This document shows positions 39,410 to 53,889 of a stretch of DNA of 64,000 nucleotides, one piece after another. Both the position numbers and the translations under genes were made by a program. The stretch's first letter is position 1. Each line of letters starts with the position of its first letter. Below the pieces are notes generated by a model that was not told the DNA's origin, did not search any database, and was given only the letters and a program-made list of their open reading frames with translations. The stretch is from Azolla caroliniana (taxonomy: Eukaryota; Plantae; Polypodiophyta), in NCBI GenBank assembly GCA_043228905.1, contig JBHGNT010000021.1:8618001-8682000 (forward strand). Direction: 5' to 3'.

Positions 39410-40302
39410 TGTCGCGAAAATACGAAGAGGATACTTGAACTTGAGGCAAGACCCTGGGGCCTTCAACCGGAAGATATCCGATTCGTATGATTATATTAAA
39501 CAATTAATACAAAATGAGAAAGATTGACAAATTTCATTAACAAAGGAAAAGAAATTACAATATGTCCCAAGATTGGGATTTAGAAGTTTTAGGTTTACTA
39601 AGATTAATAGAAAAGAAAAATTAGGGGTTTTGAGAGATATGGTTTCCGTAGGGAAAATTAGGTTTTTGTTTTCCGTAAGGAAATTAGGGTTTATGAGTGT
39701 TATGGCTTTCGTAGGAAATTTAGGGTTTATGAGAGTTATGGCTTCCCTAAGATAAGGGAGCTGAGAAGGAAAAAAAATAATGGAGAAAGAATGAGTATAG
39801 GAAAAAAATGGAATATATATGGAGTTCCCCATTGATCATATGCATGGCTACTTTTTGTTGCATGGCCTCTACTTTTAGTTGCATAGCTTCTTCTTTTAGT
39901 TGCATCTATTTTTAGTTGCATGGCTTTTTCTTTTAGTTGCATGTGACCATCCACATGACCTTTACTTTAATCTCTTTTACCTTTCTTTAATTAGCCACAT
40001 GATCCTTTTATCCGTTCGGTTTGCGTCCAACCTCGTCCGATCGCCGGTTTCGTCCGATCGCTGATTGCCTTTGCCTTGCCAGCTCTACCGCCAGTTCTGG
40101 TTTGCTTACCGGCTAGTTTCCGGTTTTGCTTGCCGGTCGGTTTCCGATTTTGCTTGTCGGCCGGTTTCTGGTTTTGCTTGTCGGCCCGGTTCCGGTTTTG
40201 CTTGCCAGCCGGTTTCCAGTTTTGCTTGCCGGCCCGGTTCTGGTTTTGCTTACCAGTCAGTTTCCGGCGTTTGGGAACTTGGCCACCATCATCCATCAAG
40301 AC
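39410..40302. mobile_element. Probable LTR-derived insertion with internal tandem arrays
   Basis: Starts TGTCGCGAA like Phygy LTR termini; interrupts the copia integrase; right end uncertain; no TSD. Confidence 0.45.
40088..40267. repeat. 24-bp minisatellite, about 7 units
   Basis: CCGG(T/C)CGGTTTCCGGTTTTGCTTG-like unit, seen as the 8-aa repeat RFCLPAGF in the ORF track. Confidence 0.85.
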
Positions 40303-43300
40303 AAATTGGCCAAAGTGCTCTTAGCACAAATGAAAATGAGGGTCTCAAGGTGCTTATATAGCGAGGGCCTTAAGTTTCCTATCTATTTCGGATTCAAGCC
40401 GAATTTGAGACACCTTCGGATATTCGGTAACATTGCATATGTGCATGTGCCGGATGAGAAGCAGAGGAAGTTGGATGCAAAGTCAGAGAAATGCATCTTG
40501 GTCGGTTACTCGCATGAGCAAAAGGGGTATAAGTGTTAGAACCCCCGGATGAAGCAGGTCCGAGTTAGCCAGGATGTTGAGTTTGATGAGACGACATCAT
40601 GGTATGCCTTACCGACTCCGACTTCTGACCCCGACCTGATACCGGAGGATGAGGCTAGTGAGCCTGAACCGGAGGATGAGGCACTCTAAAAGAGAGTCTG
40701 ATCTCATTTCGGTTAAGTGGACCGAATGAGCAACTGAGTCGGGATGACCAGTTGGATGAGGAACCGACGAGTAATGGAGACTTTGTTGTACTCTCCCCGC
40801 ACAAGGAACTGAGGAGACGATTCACACGCAAAGAGAAGGGAAAGAAGAAAATGCCGGAATACGAAACCGGCAACATTGAGTCGGATTGGAGCGAATCCGA
40901 CTCCGATAAGGAAGAAGGCGGGCGGATCTTCAGGAATGAAGTCCGAACTGGCCAAGAAGGGCCTCAAACCGGGTAACGATAAGTTACGCCGTGAAGAACC
41001 CCGTGAAGCGGTACGGGTACAATGAGTACATGGCGCATCACTATGCATACATGACCAAGGTGGCGGAAGTGCGTGAGCTGGATAGCTATGCAGAAGCGGC
41101 AAGGAACGCAATTTGGCGTGCCGCTATGGAGGAAGAAATGTGAGCACTTGATGCCAACGACACATGGGACCTAGTTGACCCTCCCCGACATTGTAGACCA
41201 ATCGGATGTAAGTGGGTGTACAAGGTAAAGTACAACACCGATGGTTCAGTTAACCGGTACAAGGCCCGGTTAGTGGCGAAGGGATACACGCAGACCCACG
41301 GAATCGACTACGATGAGACCTTTGCTCCAGTAGCAAAGATGACAATAGTTCGTGTGGTACTGGCAGTTGTTGTGGCAAGAGGGTGGCACCTTCACCAGAT
41401 GGACGTGAAGAATGCATTTCTTCAAGGCGATCTTGAAGAACAGGTCTTTATGACCCAACCTCCCGATTTTCAAGTCAGGGATGAACAAGTCGGTGGTATG
41501 CCGGTTGAAGAAGTCACTTTATGGCCTAAAGCAAGCCCCCCGAGCTTGGAATGCCAAGATCACACACCAATTGCGTAAGATGGGGTTTGTGGTCTCTAAG
41601 TCTGATTCTTCGTTGTTTATCCGGCAAGGTCCGGACGGTTCGGTTTGCATCTTGTTGTATGTTGATGAACTAGTCATCACCAGACCCGGACTCGATGAAA
41701 TCAGCCGAGTCAAGTCCCAGCTGTCGGACACATTTGAGATGAAGGACCTGGGGGGACCTTCACTATTTCCTTGGGATCGAGGTGATCCGAACCCCCGACG
41801 GCATACTGCTCTCACAAAGACACTATGTGTTGAATATGTTGTACAAGTTCGGTATGACGGAATGCCGCCCAATCTCCACACCCCTAGACTGGAACCAGAA
41901 GCTCCGTCCCGACTCCGGACCGGCCTACGATGAGAAGCGGTTCCGACAAATTGTCGGAAGCCTTATATATTTGACAATCACCCAACCCGACATTAGTTAT
42001 CCGGTCGGCGTGATCAGCCAATATATGCAGAAGCCGACCGTGGAGCACCCTCTATGCGCACATCGAATATTGCAATATGTAAGCGGCACGAAGGACCGGG
42101 GACTATTATACCGGCATGGTATAACCGAAGAGCTAGTCGGCTACACCGATGTTGACTGGGCCGGCGATGCATCGAATCGCCGATCCACCTCCGGCTATAT
42201 GTTTTCCCTTGGTAGCGCGTATTCCATGGTCACACAAGAACTCCATATGCAGCTTGCCAAGAACCCCGTATTCCATGTTCGCACAAAACACATAGAAGTG
42301 CACTACCACTTCGTGCGTGAGCGTGTCTTGAGCGGTGAAGTCGAACTTCGGTATGTTCATATGGATCAGCAAGTTGCCGACATCTTCACCAAACCGCTCG
42401 GATCGGACAAGTTGCAGCACTTCACTGAAATGCTTGGTGTTCAGCATCTCGACATGCCACACTTGAGGGGGAGAACGGGCAAAGGCAAAGAAACTGTCGA
42501 TTGCGCCGATGAGGGAAGAACCAACAAAGGGAGAGACAAGAAGAAGAAAGGAGTCGAGTCGACAAAGGAAGTTGACACATCCGAACAAGTCGAAACAAGC
42601 GGCAGTTGCGGCAAAGTCAAGAAGGACAGAGCCAACTGGAAGAAGAAGTCCAAGACCTGGACATGGTTCGATGTGGTGAAGGGCCTAGAACAGGAAGATG
42701 AATCAGGAGCGACCGATTTGGACAAGAGCTGGAACGAATCGGAGACAGTTGATTCGGGTCAACAGACGTATTCGGAAGAACCGGATCAATTCAAGTTCAA
42801 GAGGACAAGAAGGCAGCGAAAATCGACGCCAACACGAAGGAATCAGCGAATCGGCAAGCATCGAAGTCACAACAACGAGGGAGCTGAATTGGGCCAGTTG
42901 AACAAACAAGCCGATCGAGGAGGTCGAGGTGCGCAGAAACAGAAGGGACGGGAACGGACGAGGAGCGCGAGCGAGGCGGATTGACGCTAGAAGGAGCCGG
43001 GTGGAAGGATCGGCTGCCGTGGAGACTGACACTACGATCTGACCTCAAGTTGAGCTTGAGGGGGAGTGTTGAGCGGCAAGCTCAACCGAATCCAGATTGG
43101 CTGATATAAGCCTGAGCCGGATCTACATCCCGTAAGGATGAGCCGGATCGGTGAGCCGGTGAGCTGGGGAGCCGGTTAGCCGGATCCATTAGTAACCGGA
43201 AGCCTAGTAGCAGCCTAGACTACTAGGAAGTTAATGTCTCATAGTTAGTGTCAGACGCTTGTGTGAGCATTGAAGTACATCGTACTTCTGTCAGTCCGTA

Positions 43301-43375
43301 TGGACTTGTATAAAAGTGTTCACTGAACACATACAATGTACAGATAGAGTATTATTTTTTAATTGAGTTTTGTGT

Positions 43376-43409
<34 letters not shown>

Positions 43410-44411
43410 GCGTATTGTGTATATTCAAGCTCTCCATTAAACCTGCGTATTTTCTGTGTTTGGTTTTCAATTGCTTCCACACGCTATTCTTTACACTTAT
43501 GTATAATGTCCATATCATAGTTACATTGTATATGGACTAGCCCATCCATGTGTAAATGGGTTATCCTGTAGTGCACTTACTCACTTGCATCTGAGAATTG
43601 TACTCTTGAAATGTTAAAAACATAGTAGGTTTTACTTTGGAGTTGCTCTTATCTCTCAACTTGTACACATTCTAAATAAACTCCCGAGAAACGAAGCTCC
43701 GACAACACGTTGTTTGTATCGAGATCCACATATAGTTAGTTGGGGGGTCTAGAAAAGACATATCAAAACTAGTGTTTGCACATGAAACAAACTACGAGAG
43801 TGAGGGGGGGGTGAAATGAACACGATTGCATTGACAGCAGCATTGCCCCACGTGACTCATTTCAGGACAACCAACAAAATCGAAACGACAGCAGACACAC
43901 AGTTGATGGATGGGATGATCCACACAGAAGAAGAAGCAGGCAAAAGATTGCGTTTGTTGGTTGCTTAACCAACAAATGGATTCGATCCAATCCAATATGA
44001 TCTGATCTGATCCGATCCAATTCCAATTCCAATCCAAGTCAATGTATGTGTGGCCATTTCAATTGAATTGGATTGAAGGATGGATGATGTGTGAACCAGA
44101 CAAACAAAATTGATATACATATACATATACATATATACATTATACATTATACATACATATATGCATGTTTTTTGTTCAAATCTGCAACGTCTCTCTCTCT
44201 CTCTCTCTCTCTTATCTGTCTGTCTCATACCTCTGTGTTTCTCTCTGTCTTGGCTATGGAGTTGTGAAGGTACAGTCTTTCTTCTTCTTCTTCTTCTTCT
44301 TCTTCTTCTTCTTCACATCATCATCATCCTCTTCTTCTTCTTCCTGCTCCATCCTTTCTTCATCCTCAGAGAAGAAGTACATCATCGGTTGCCATTTCCT
44401 AGTTGACCGCT

Positions 44412-47400
44412 ATGCCTCATCCTAGTTGCTCGGTCCAGACACCTGCAGGAAAATCAAGGTTTGCTCCAGCCACCATACCTCGCCCCTCTCCCTCTCCCCA
44501 TCCTCATCCTCGTCCTCATCTTCTTCAAGATTCTAAAGTTCAAAACCAACCTCTGCACTCTGGTAAGGTCCGTGTCATCGCTAGAGTTCGCCCTTTCCTC
44601 CCTGCAGAGATTGAACGTCATGGATCCACCTCCTGCATTTCTTTCTCCAACGAAGACATAAATGGAACGACTCTTCACATTCAGGATCCTATTTCCAGGT
44701 TGGAAAAAAAGAAAGAAAACTCCACTCTCTCTCTATTATTGCCCAGTTTTGATCTTTCTCTGTAGAGAATTGATGGTACAGGATTGATACATCCTCTCAC
44801 ACATTTCTAGGACTTGTCATGTATCTTCTATGTATATCTGATTGTAGATACATGTTTTTACTGTCCTTCTAAACGTTTCTAGGAACTCTCAAACACGTCT
44901 GCGTGTAAACGTATCATTGCATTTTGCACTTTTGCACTTCAAAGACTTTGTGAGAACCTCTCATAGTACGCATTTTCATTCCGCAAGTCAACTACGAAGA
45001 ACCCCGTCAAGAATCGGTCTACCTGTAATTCCTGCATATTTTCTATTGGTTTCTTCTTACAAATGAATGGTTCGATCTGTGATGGTAGATAATTCGATCA
45101 TTATACTGAGTCTAGTTTATTTCTTATACTACAAGTGCATAGAAAAATTACAGAGTTTCACAATATTTTGAATGAACTTCCACCTAGACAGATCTGTGTG
45201 ATCTTAAATCTTCATTAAAATGATCTCTGTTACATCATAAGCATGTCTGCTTGGGGACGATGAGAAAGATATATATATTTACTTATTATCACTTTGCAGC
45301 CGAGAAGGATATTATAAAGTGGATGCTTGTTATGGTGAAAGAGACGAAATGGGTGTCATATTTGCCAAGGAAGTCAAGGCCGTCCTGCCTGCGCTTTTAC
45401 ACGGTCAGAATGCAACTGTGTTTGCATGTGGTGCAACAGGCAGCGGAAAGACATATACGATGCAGGTATCTCCATTAGTCAATTTGGAGAATCTTATTGC
45501 TGACTTGACTTGTGATATTAATATTAAAAATATAATCTAAGATCAAGCTCATACATTTGACTATACTAGTCCATCCATATCTTTTTTTTTTTTTCCTGAT
45601 CCCACAAAAAGAACGATTGCTTTAGCTGCCCAGAAGTTCATTTTATTCTGGAAGAGTACATGTTTTGGCTCCGAGGTACCAAGTGAAATCTTTGAGATTT
45701 GATTTGAGACTGCATTTTCTTCTTGCAAACATCTTCCTTTTGTTTTTACAACCGGAGATATTAGGAAATGTGAACAATTATAGGACCCTTTATATATAAT
45801 TTCGATTATACAACCGTGTTTCTAAAAGAGTTAATTCATTTCAAATAGGGTCAGGATGATCGACCCGGCCTGATGCATCTTGCGATGTCAAATCTCATTT
45901 CAATGGTGGAGGAGACCAAATTCGAAGTTCAGGTTTCTTATTATGAAGTTTATATGGAACGTTGCTATGACTTGTTGGAAGACAAATGCACTGAAGTGAC
46001 AGTGCTCGAAGATAGTGATGGCAAAATACAATTGCGTGGTCTTTCTCAGGCAAGCCAGTCTTCTATTCTTCACAGGGTTTCCACATCAATCTCGTCACAC
46101 ATTATTTTCTGTATTAATCACATTTCCTAATATCTCAGGTGCTTGTAAAATCACTCCTCGAATTCAAAGAACTATTTGGCAATGGTTGCCTGAGGCGCAA
46201 AGCTGGCCATACTGGTCTTAATGATGTCTCAAGTAGGAGCCATGGTGTGCTTATGGTATCTATAAAAAATGTGGAGAGTAGTACTGTTATTGGGAAGTTG
46301 AATCTCATTGACTTAGCAGGTATATGGACTAATACATACCTTGCATCAATTAATAGGAAATATTCCGAGAAAACACCACGAAATTCATAAACGTTTGTTC
46401 TCCTTATATAGATATATCAGATTTGTTCTCTTTTTTACACATACCTCTCTCACTATGCGCGAAGGCCAAAAATGAGACCGAGGATTGTATTGTTTTGCAA
46501 CAGGGAATGAAGATAACAGAAAGACAGGCAATGATGGTGTTAGACTTGTGGAGAGTTCTAGTATCAACCAGTCTCTTTTTGCATTATCCAATGTTATCAA
46601 TGCTTTGAATTCTAATGAGCCAAGGGTACCATATAGAGATAGCAAACTGACACGGATTCTACAGGACTCTTTGGGTGGCAAAACACGAGCTATCATGATT
46701 GCATGTCTGGTAAACATTTTCTTTTTCCATGTGCACCTGAAAGTTATAGTCTGCTCTATAAGAATCTTAACCGTTACAGCAAGTTATCATCATGAACCTC
46801 AACCGTTTTATTTTTCACATTTGTAGAATCCTAGATCATATCATGAGGCAGCTCACACATTGAGTCTTGCTACACGTTCAAGGCAGATCTCAAGCCAGAA
46901 TTTTAAAAAAGTTGTCATGGAGGAGAAATCACATCCCTCGTGCGAATCCAAAGTAAAAATATCTCCGTCTGTGGTGCCTCGTGTTGTGGCGAAGGTGAAG
47001 CCTCTTTTCCACACTCCTTCTCATCATCAAATCAATCAAATGAGGCGCATGATGAGGGATATCCCTAAAGATACCCTAAAGGCGAGGTACAAGAACTGGA
47101 TATCTCTCTAAATTAACAACAAGCAAAGTGTCCTTCTATGTTATATTATTTTGATTACTTATGATACCTTTCATCTTGCAGAAGAGGTGTTATCATGCAT
47201 CAGCCAAATTTCTCCAATAGAAAGGTAAGGAAAACATGTTTTGCATATTACACTTCCATTCTGCACCAAACACGTGTTATATATTTCTATATCTCATCAC
47301 TTCACAGTACTATTTTATTAACCAGGAAAAAATAACATATACAACACAAGCATTGTCTCAGGAAGTCGAGCAAGAGGGTGTGATTGACAAGGAAACACTG

Positions 47401-49407
47401 TCTCTGTTTCCGCATACATCATCCTCAGTTGAGAATGAGGATAACAGCAATGAAAATCTCAATAATGAGATCTCCAAGGAGAGAATTCTGGCGGAAGAAT
47501 CTTCTTCAGTTTCTACAAATACAGAGATCGACAAAGAGAATGATCGACATAGATATTCTCTTACACCAAATGTAAAGATGTCGATGCATTCATCCTCACC
47601 ACCGCTGAGTGAACGGCTACATAGTTTACGAGCTGCAATGAGAGATATTCTCCATCCTGTCCATCAAAATTCACCACCAGAAAATAACTTGTCTTCAGCC
47701 ATGGAAATGGAGAGGTCATCTCCATTAGAATCAACCCAGGAAACTGCAGTGATGGGTAGGCAATGTCCATTAAAATCACCACAAGAAACTGCAGCAAGGG
47801 AGAGGCAAAGTGAACTGAAATCACTGCAGGAAGATGCACCAATGGAGAGCCAATCTTCTCTGAAATCACCACAGGAAACATCAGATTGCGCTAGAAGGGT
47901 TGAGGAAGAGAGGGATGCTAATGTTGGCACACCTCTTGCAAAGCTAAATCATAGGAGCTCTGCCATAAAGGTTTCTTTTCCAAACTAAAGAACTGAAAAC
48001 TTTTTTATCAAGAGAAACTCCTGGATACCCCTGAGATTTGCTTTGTTACCCCAAATGTCTTGCGTCAACCTCCTAAACAGAGAAAAACAATGTATCAAGA
48101 TTGTAGTGATTCAAATAGGACAATGAATCAATTGAGAACCTTAGGGAGGAGCATTTGGGGAAATAACGAAAACTTCTAGGGGAATTTTCATTGACAGAAA
48201 AGAAACCCCCCAAAAATCTATTGTATACCTAGGAATTCCAATAATTTAATATTCTTGTATGTTTTGATTTTGCAGAATAGCATTGCTAAAGAATATATTG
48301 CATTTCTCAACACTGCTAGCAGGTTCGAATTCCACTTACTTTCTTGTTGCCAAGGGTTTGAATTTCTAGATATTTCAATACTTTTCCACTTACAACCCAC
48401 CTTTTCTTCCTTTTTCTTACAGGGAAGAGCTTCTTGAACTGAAGGTGAGAGTACATATTATATATGATGTCTACTGAAGGGATATGCAGACCATGAGGAA
48501 CTGTAATCTGATGTCTGTTGAACATCATTCAAAGCTGAAGACTAACATCTTGGAGATGCACTTGTCACGCAAGTGATGAACATCATTTTGTGCTTATTAT
48601 ATTTGTGTTTGCTATTCATAGATATTAGATTAGAGATGAGGCTCATGTGATGATATAATACTTTGAAGAGACCTAACCTGAACATTATTCTGTAGGGCAT
48701 TGGAGAGAAACGCGCCTCATACATTCTCAGCCTGAGAGAGCATACACCTGAACCGATAAAAGAGGTATCATCAATCTGTGCCTCAGCATTACTTTAATTC
48801 ATGTTTCTTTTGAAGGATCTCACCCTTCTTTCTTCAGAAACCATTTGGTTTTCTCGTCAATTCCATTATTCCACTTCACTCATAAACACTGCTTCATTAT
48901 TTCATAACACATACTTGAAATGTCTCTATGTTTAGGATTTGCACCAAACAAGATGATTAGTATAAAAAATATTGCTTTCACTCATAAACTCTACTTCGTT
49001 ATTTGGGTAACACATACTTGATACGTTTCTATGTTTAGGATCTGCACCAAACAAGATGATGAGTATATATAATCTTTCCTTTTAACTAATAATTGCCTTA
49101 TCTTGTTGTCGTTCTTTACTCGTGTACTACTCGTGTAGTCTGGAACAATTTCATTCTGTTTGCCTCATTATGTGCTGGAATCCATTGCTTCATAAACAAT
49201 TAAGAAACTAGCTACCCGTGTGTTAATTTTACAGGTTGAAGACCTTGAAAAAATAGGAATCAGTAAAAAACAAGTAAGTCGAATTCTTCTAAACATTTTA
49301 CAGTTTATTGCATAATTTGGATACTAATTTCTCATCTTCTTTCTCATCCTTACTGGCAGGCCATGTCATTGTTCAAGCATACGGCACGCCATATCTTGTT
49401 CGCATAA
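44412..49407 (+). CDS. Kinesin-10 / KIF22(Kid)-like motor protein; 13 exons, approximately 44412-44698, 45300-45465, 45849-46049, 46139-46319, 46504-46709, 46827-47086, 47182-47224, 47326-47970, 48276-48322, 48423-48443, 48696-48764, 49235-49273, 49360-49407
   Basis: [11 protein letters not shown]-loop [45 protein letters not shown]; C-terminal helix-hairpin-helix [20 protein letters not shown]; GT-AG sites. Confidence 0.9.
48877..49068. repeat. Intronic two-copy duplication, about 102-bp unit
   Basis: CACTCATAAAC...GCACCAAACAAGATGAT at 48877 and 48979. Confidence 0.8.
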
Positions 49408-51349
49408 GAAAAAATACAGTAGTTGGTGTTGTTACAACCGAAATCGTTTGTCACTTCCACTGGCTTTGAGGAGTGCATGATTCATTTCTTCTATACTTCC
49501 ATCAAGGAAATGCTAATGTGTGTATATTTCCAAGGTTCTTTTATTTACAATATACTTGTTGCTCTTTGGAGATTTGAACTAGTCTGTGGCAATCCGTCGA
49601 TCCTTGGTATTGATATTGAGCTCAGCTTGAGTACTGGAGTGGCTACTTGTTGTTTGCTTCCTTAGTAAATAATAATCTTTTTAAATCTGTGCATAGATTG
49701 CTGTCTTTTTATTTTCGTTTGTACAACCTTTTCTTCTGTCTATGCTCTACTTTCTTCTTCGTTGTTCTTCCATTGCTAACAAGCTCCAATGGGCAAGGAG
49801 ACAATAGAATTGACTATCGAGGTAAACATGGAAGTCCACCTAAATCTTCATCCGGTTTATATTGTATAGACCAACACTTCTATTGTATAGACAAGGGTTG
49901 ATTGGGTCAACCAACACTCATGAGTGGAACATTGAACTTGCAAAATAAACTAAACAGTGGGCTACATTACATACACATGAGCTTTTGTCTTTATTGTTCT
50001 TTCAACTTGATTTGATGCCAGCTTTTTATAGCATTAATTGTAGTTTGGCACTTTATGTTACTTCGATAAAATCAAATGGCCTCATGTTGATCATGTGAAG
50101 GTTATTGACACGGAGATCTGTCATTTTAATCCCGCCTCTTCTTCTATCAATTTTATGTTCACAATTGGCTGCATTTTGTAATGTGATATTTTCAGTTGCC
50201 AAGCATATAAGATTATGATAACTATCTTGGACCCTTGAAATGAGTGTAATTGTCGCAAGGTTGATCTGACTTCATCTTGCATTGTATTCTTTTACTAAAG
50301 GTAAGTTTGTGCGTGCTCACCAAATGCACGAAGATTGATATTTTTGTCTTATGCAATGTTGATATTTTGGATTTAAAGAATGTTGCCTTTGTTGTTTTTG
50401 GTAAAAGTTTCTTTGTATATCTTTGTTGAGAATCTCCCTGTTGTTGATGAACTTGACGATCACTAATATGATTACAACCTTTAATTTACATACACAAGAG
50501 TATATAGCAAATGAGGTCAACAATGTTTCAAAAGTAAAGGAACAAAGCCATACGCCGTAATCTGAACTACTTTTAGTTTCAAAATCATTAAAGAGCTTGT
50601 TGATTCACTCATGCTAAGCTCTTTGAAGTTGGCTTAATCCATACAGGTCTCTTGGTGTGTATAAACAAGCTTCTTGGTAGTACCATTATGCCACCATACT
50701 TAGACCGATGTCATCAATTCTCTCTTCATTGTGAACACATGTCACTCTCATATGGTATGCATTGTAACATGGTGGCACCTAGAATTGTTGTACACTAGCC
50801 ACCATAGATAGACACCAACGATGATTATCTTGACACTTTGTAGTGAAGTTATTGTCAAGGAGATATTATTAGCTAAAAAATTAAACTAGGAATTACACAC
50901 TATCTATCTCTAAGACTTTAAGGAAATAGTGAAATCTGTCCTCAACATTTAGAATTTGTGTTCTTGTAATGCAATGCACCTCTCCAAAATGATGAATTGA
51001 ACAAGATATTGTGTCAAGACCTATAGAACTCTATACCCAAAAGACTTGGATCACATGGGAGCCTCTTCCCATAAAGATGGCATGATACAAAGATCATCTC
51101 CTTAACATCTAGTAGGATGGATTAATATAAACACCAATGTACATGGATGTGTACAAGTCTCATAGTGTTCACAAATCAATGGAGCAACTTTTGAGTTCCT
51201 CTCACTAGCTAGAAATTCAAGTAGACGAGTACATAATATAGCTATAGCCAAAAGATTTAGCAACATATGTAGAAGAGATGGAGGGTAATGACCAATTTAC
51301 AAAGAGAATTAGCTGCCCTCTTTTTGGCTTTCAGCACTATCGGACAACT

Positions 51350-52675
51350 CATGGAGAAGGATGGCTTCTACATCCATCACAAATGTTGGAATCCGGAAGT
51401 TCGACGGAAAGAACTTTGCCCTATGGAAGGAGATGATGCAGGATGTACTAATCATCCAATGTCAAGTCGAGGCGATACGACACAACAAGAAGCCGGATGA
51501 CAACCGATGAATGGTGCTCCCTAGGCAAGATAGCTAGGTCGACCATTCGAATGCACCTGGCCGAAAATCTCTACTTGAGCATGGCAAAGGAGACAACGAT
51601 ATTCTCGTTGTGGGAGAAACTTCAGGTCGTATATGAGAAAAAGTCCTTGTCCAACTTGCTCATACTGATCCAATAGTTGTTCAATATGAAGATGAGGGCG
51701 ACGAATCCGGTTAACCTCCCACATCAACACCTTCAGCTAGGTGTTTGAACTCTTAACTTCGAAAAAGAAGTTAAAGACCTTGCCCTCCTTTCGAGCTTGC
51801 CGACAAGTTGGGAGGTATTCTGCACCACATTCACCAACAGCTATCCAAAGTTGAATCTGGACGAAACGATTGGACAAGTCCTCACTAAGGACATTTGACA
51901 AAAAACGATGGGACTTCCCATCGATGAATTGGTAGAATCCTTCTACTCGGCTGAGTCAATCGAATGAACAAACTGATTGAGAGAATAAGCCGAAAGAACA
52001 GATCGAAACACCAGTCGAAGTCGAGGAATAGTCAAACAAGTGATTTCGGCACTTACTACAGAAAGACTGGACACAATGTTTCTGATTGCTAGTCAATAAA
52101 GAGAAAGGAGAACAGTCAGTGATTCAATCAAACACAAGGACAATCCAACTCGAGCTGTTCTCCAATTGACAACCAAATCGGGAGAAATCCTCCTTGGAAG
52201 ATACGATCGGTGAAGTCCTATATAGCATGCAAGACACACAAACATGGCTGCTAGGTTCTGGAACACCGAATGGTTTTCGGACTATTCGGCTAGATCTAGC
52301 AACACAATCCGACTAGGCAATGAGCAAGAATGCTTAATCGCAGGGATTGACGAGGTCCCCATCCAATTGCCGAACGACAATAGTATCACCCTGCACTAAG
52401 TCTGACACGTACTTGAGCTGAAGAGGAGTCTGGTCTCCATCAGCATGCTAGTTGAAGCAGGGTACCGAATGACTCTCAATGAGTCGTCTTGGATGATCAA
52501 CTAAGGAAATATGAAAATTAGGAGTGGATGCAAGTACAACAACCTATATCCAGTAATGGAAATCAATACAGAGGGCACCGTGAACGTGGCCGAATCGCAG
52601 GATTCAAACCTATGATATGGCCGACTCGGCCATATGTGACAAGCCGGACTTGATTGGCTCATGGTGATTGGCTAC
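51350..52675 (+). mobile_element. Highly degraded Ty1/copia gag-PR-pre-integrase remnant
   Basis: Fragments read KFDGKNFALWKEMMQDVL, LLSSLPTSWE, WLLGSG, HVLELKRSLVSI, GRLGHM. Confidence 0.7.
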
Positions 52676-53889
52676 GAACCAAACTGAACCGAATCGTTTA
52701 GAATTTTTCAAAACCAATCTGAACTGAACTATTTAAATTTTTTGAAACTTGAACTTTATTGAACCAAACCATGAAACTGTTGTCGTGGATGCGTGGAAAT
52801 GGGGGCAAGACCACGGGGGTCTTGAACCAAGGAATCAAGCAAAGAGGAGGAATATCCCTCGCATTGCGTACACACAAACCGTAAACAGAATAGAGAGAGA
52901 CAGGAGGGAGACGGTCGTAGGTCACCGTTACAATGTGAAATGATGGACTTGCAACACAAGACAACAGAATAGAATAACATTATTAGTTAGAACGTGCGCG
53001 TGATGCGTAGGGAATACAACCAGTCTGAGCCGGGAACAATGCTTCGAGCACTATAGTAAACACACGTAGAGTGATGACCCTCTAGTTGGGAGCATGTGGG
53101 CGTCTCACGTGAGCAGAGGATGCACCTTCAAGAGTTCAATCGTCGGTCGTAATCAGAGAGAGATAGAGAGCTAGAGAGAGCTTCGATACCCTGAACGACA
53201 AAGTTTCCCCCCCCCCCTTTCCACATTGCTTTTAAAATAGTCTGGGGCCGCCCCTTTTATAGCATAAGGGATGGCCGTTACATCAGGTTTTAATGACCTA
53301 TCATTGTCCCTCTAGATTCTCGTCTTGATTTTGAATCTCCCATTACCCTCCCCTTTTGTTCTCCTCCACCCGCGTGATATTAAAGCTCATATTAAAGTCT
53401 AACTTCCTAGTAATGATCATCAAAACCCTATCATTACCTAGTATTTACACATGTTAGTACAAAAGGGGGTGCACTTGTGCACACCTGCGTTCACACGCAT
53501 TTGGCTATGTTTCCCCTTATGGCCTGAAATCTTCATGACATCCACCCCCACCAAACTGCACATCCTCTGGTATGTGCTAGGTAGTGAGTTTAGTGGAGGA
53601 TTTTTGGGCGAACCTTTACTCGTCGTCCTTGTCCGAAACGTCACCTTCGGTCCCCAACGCTGGGTCTGGTTCTGCTTCGTGCCGCTTTTTGAAGGCCTTT
53701 ATCTGCTTCCCTGCTACTCTGGTCCCATCGAGCTTCGCGAGGTGGTATGTCGCATTGTCGTTTGCGCTGGTCACTACGTATGGCCCAAACCACCGCTTTG
53801 CGAATTTACGTGTGGACCGGTGCTGGTTATCGAGACTACTGTCGTAGACCAGCACCGAGTCGCCTTCCTTGATCGGAGTTGGTGCCTCT

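Larger units (their letters stand above)
35156..43707 (+). mobile_element. Degraded composite of two family-B Ty1/copia copies, ending in a 3' LTR at 43067-43707
   Basis: gag, [51 protein letters not shown]; blocks about 35806-36890/38243-39348 and 37110-38230/40384-41490 duplicated; PPT 43058-43066; TGTTG...CAACA LTR. Confidence 0.85.

Noticed and set aside
49420-51340. Short ORFs downstream of the kinesin gene
   Set aside because: No recognisable domain or consistent splice model
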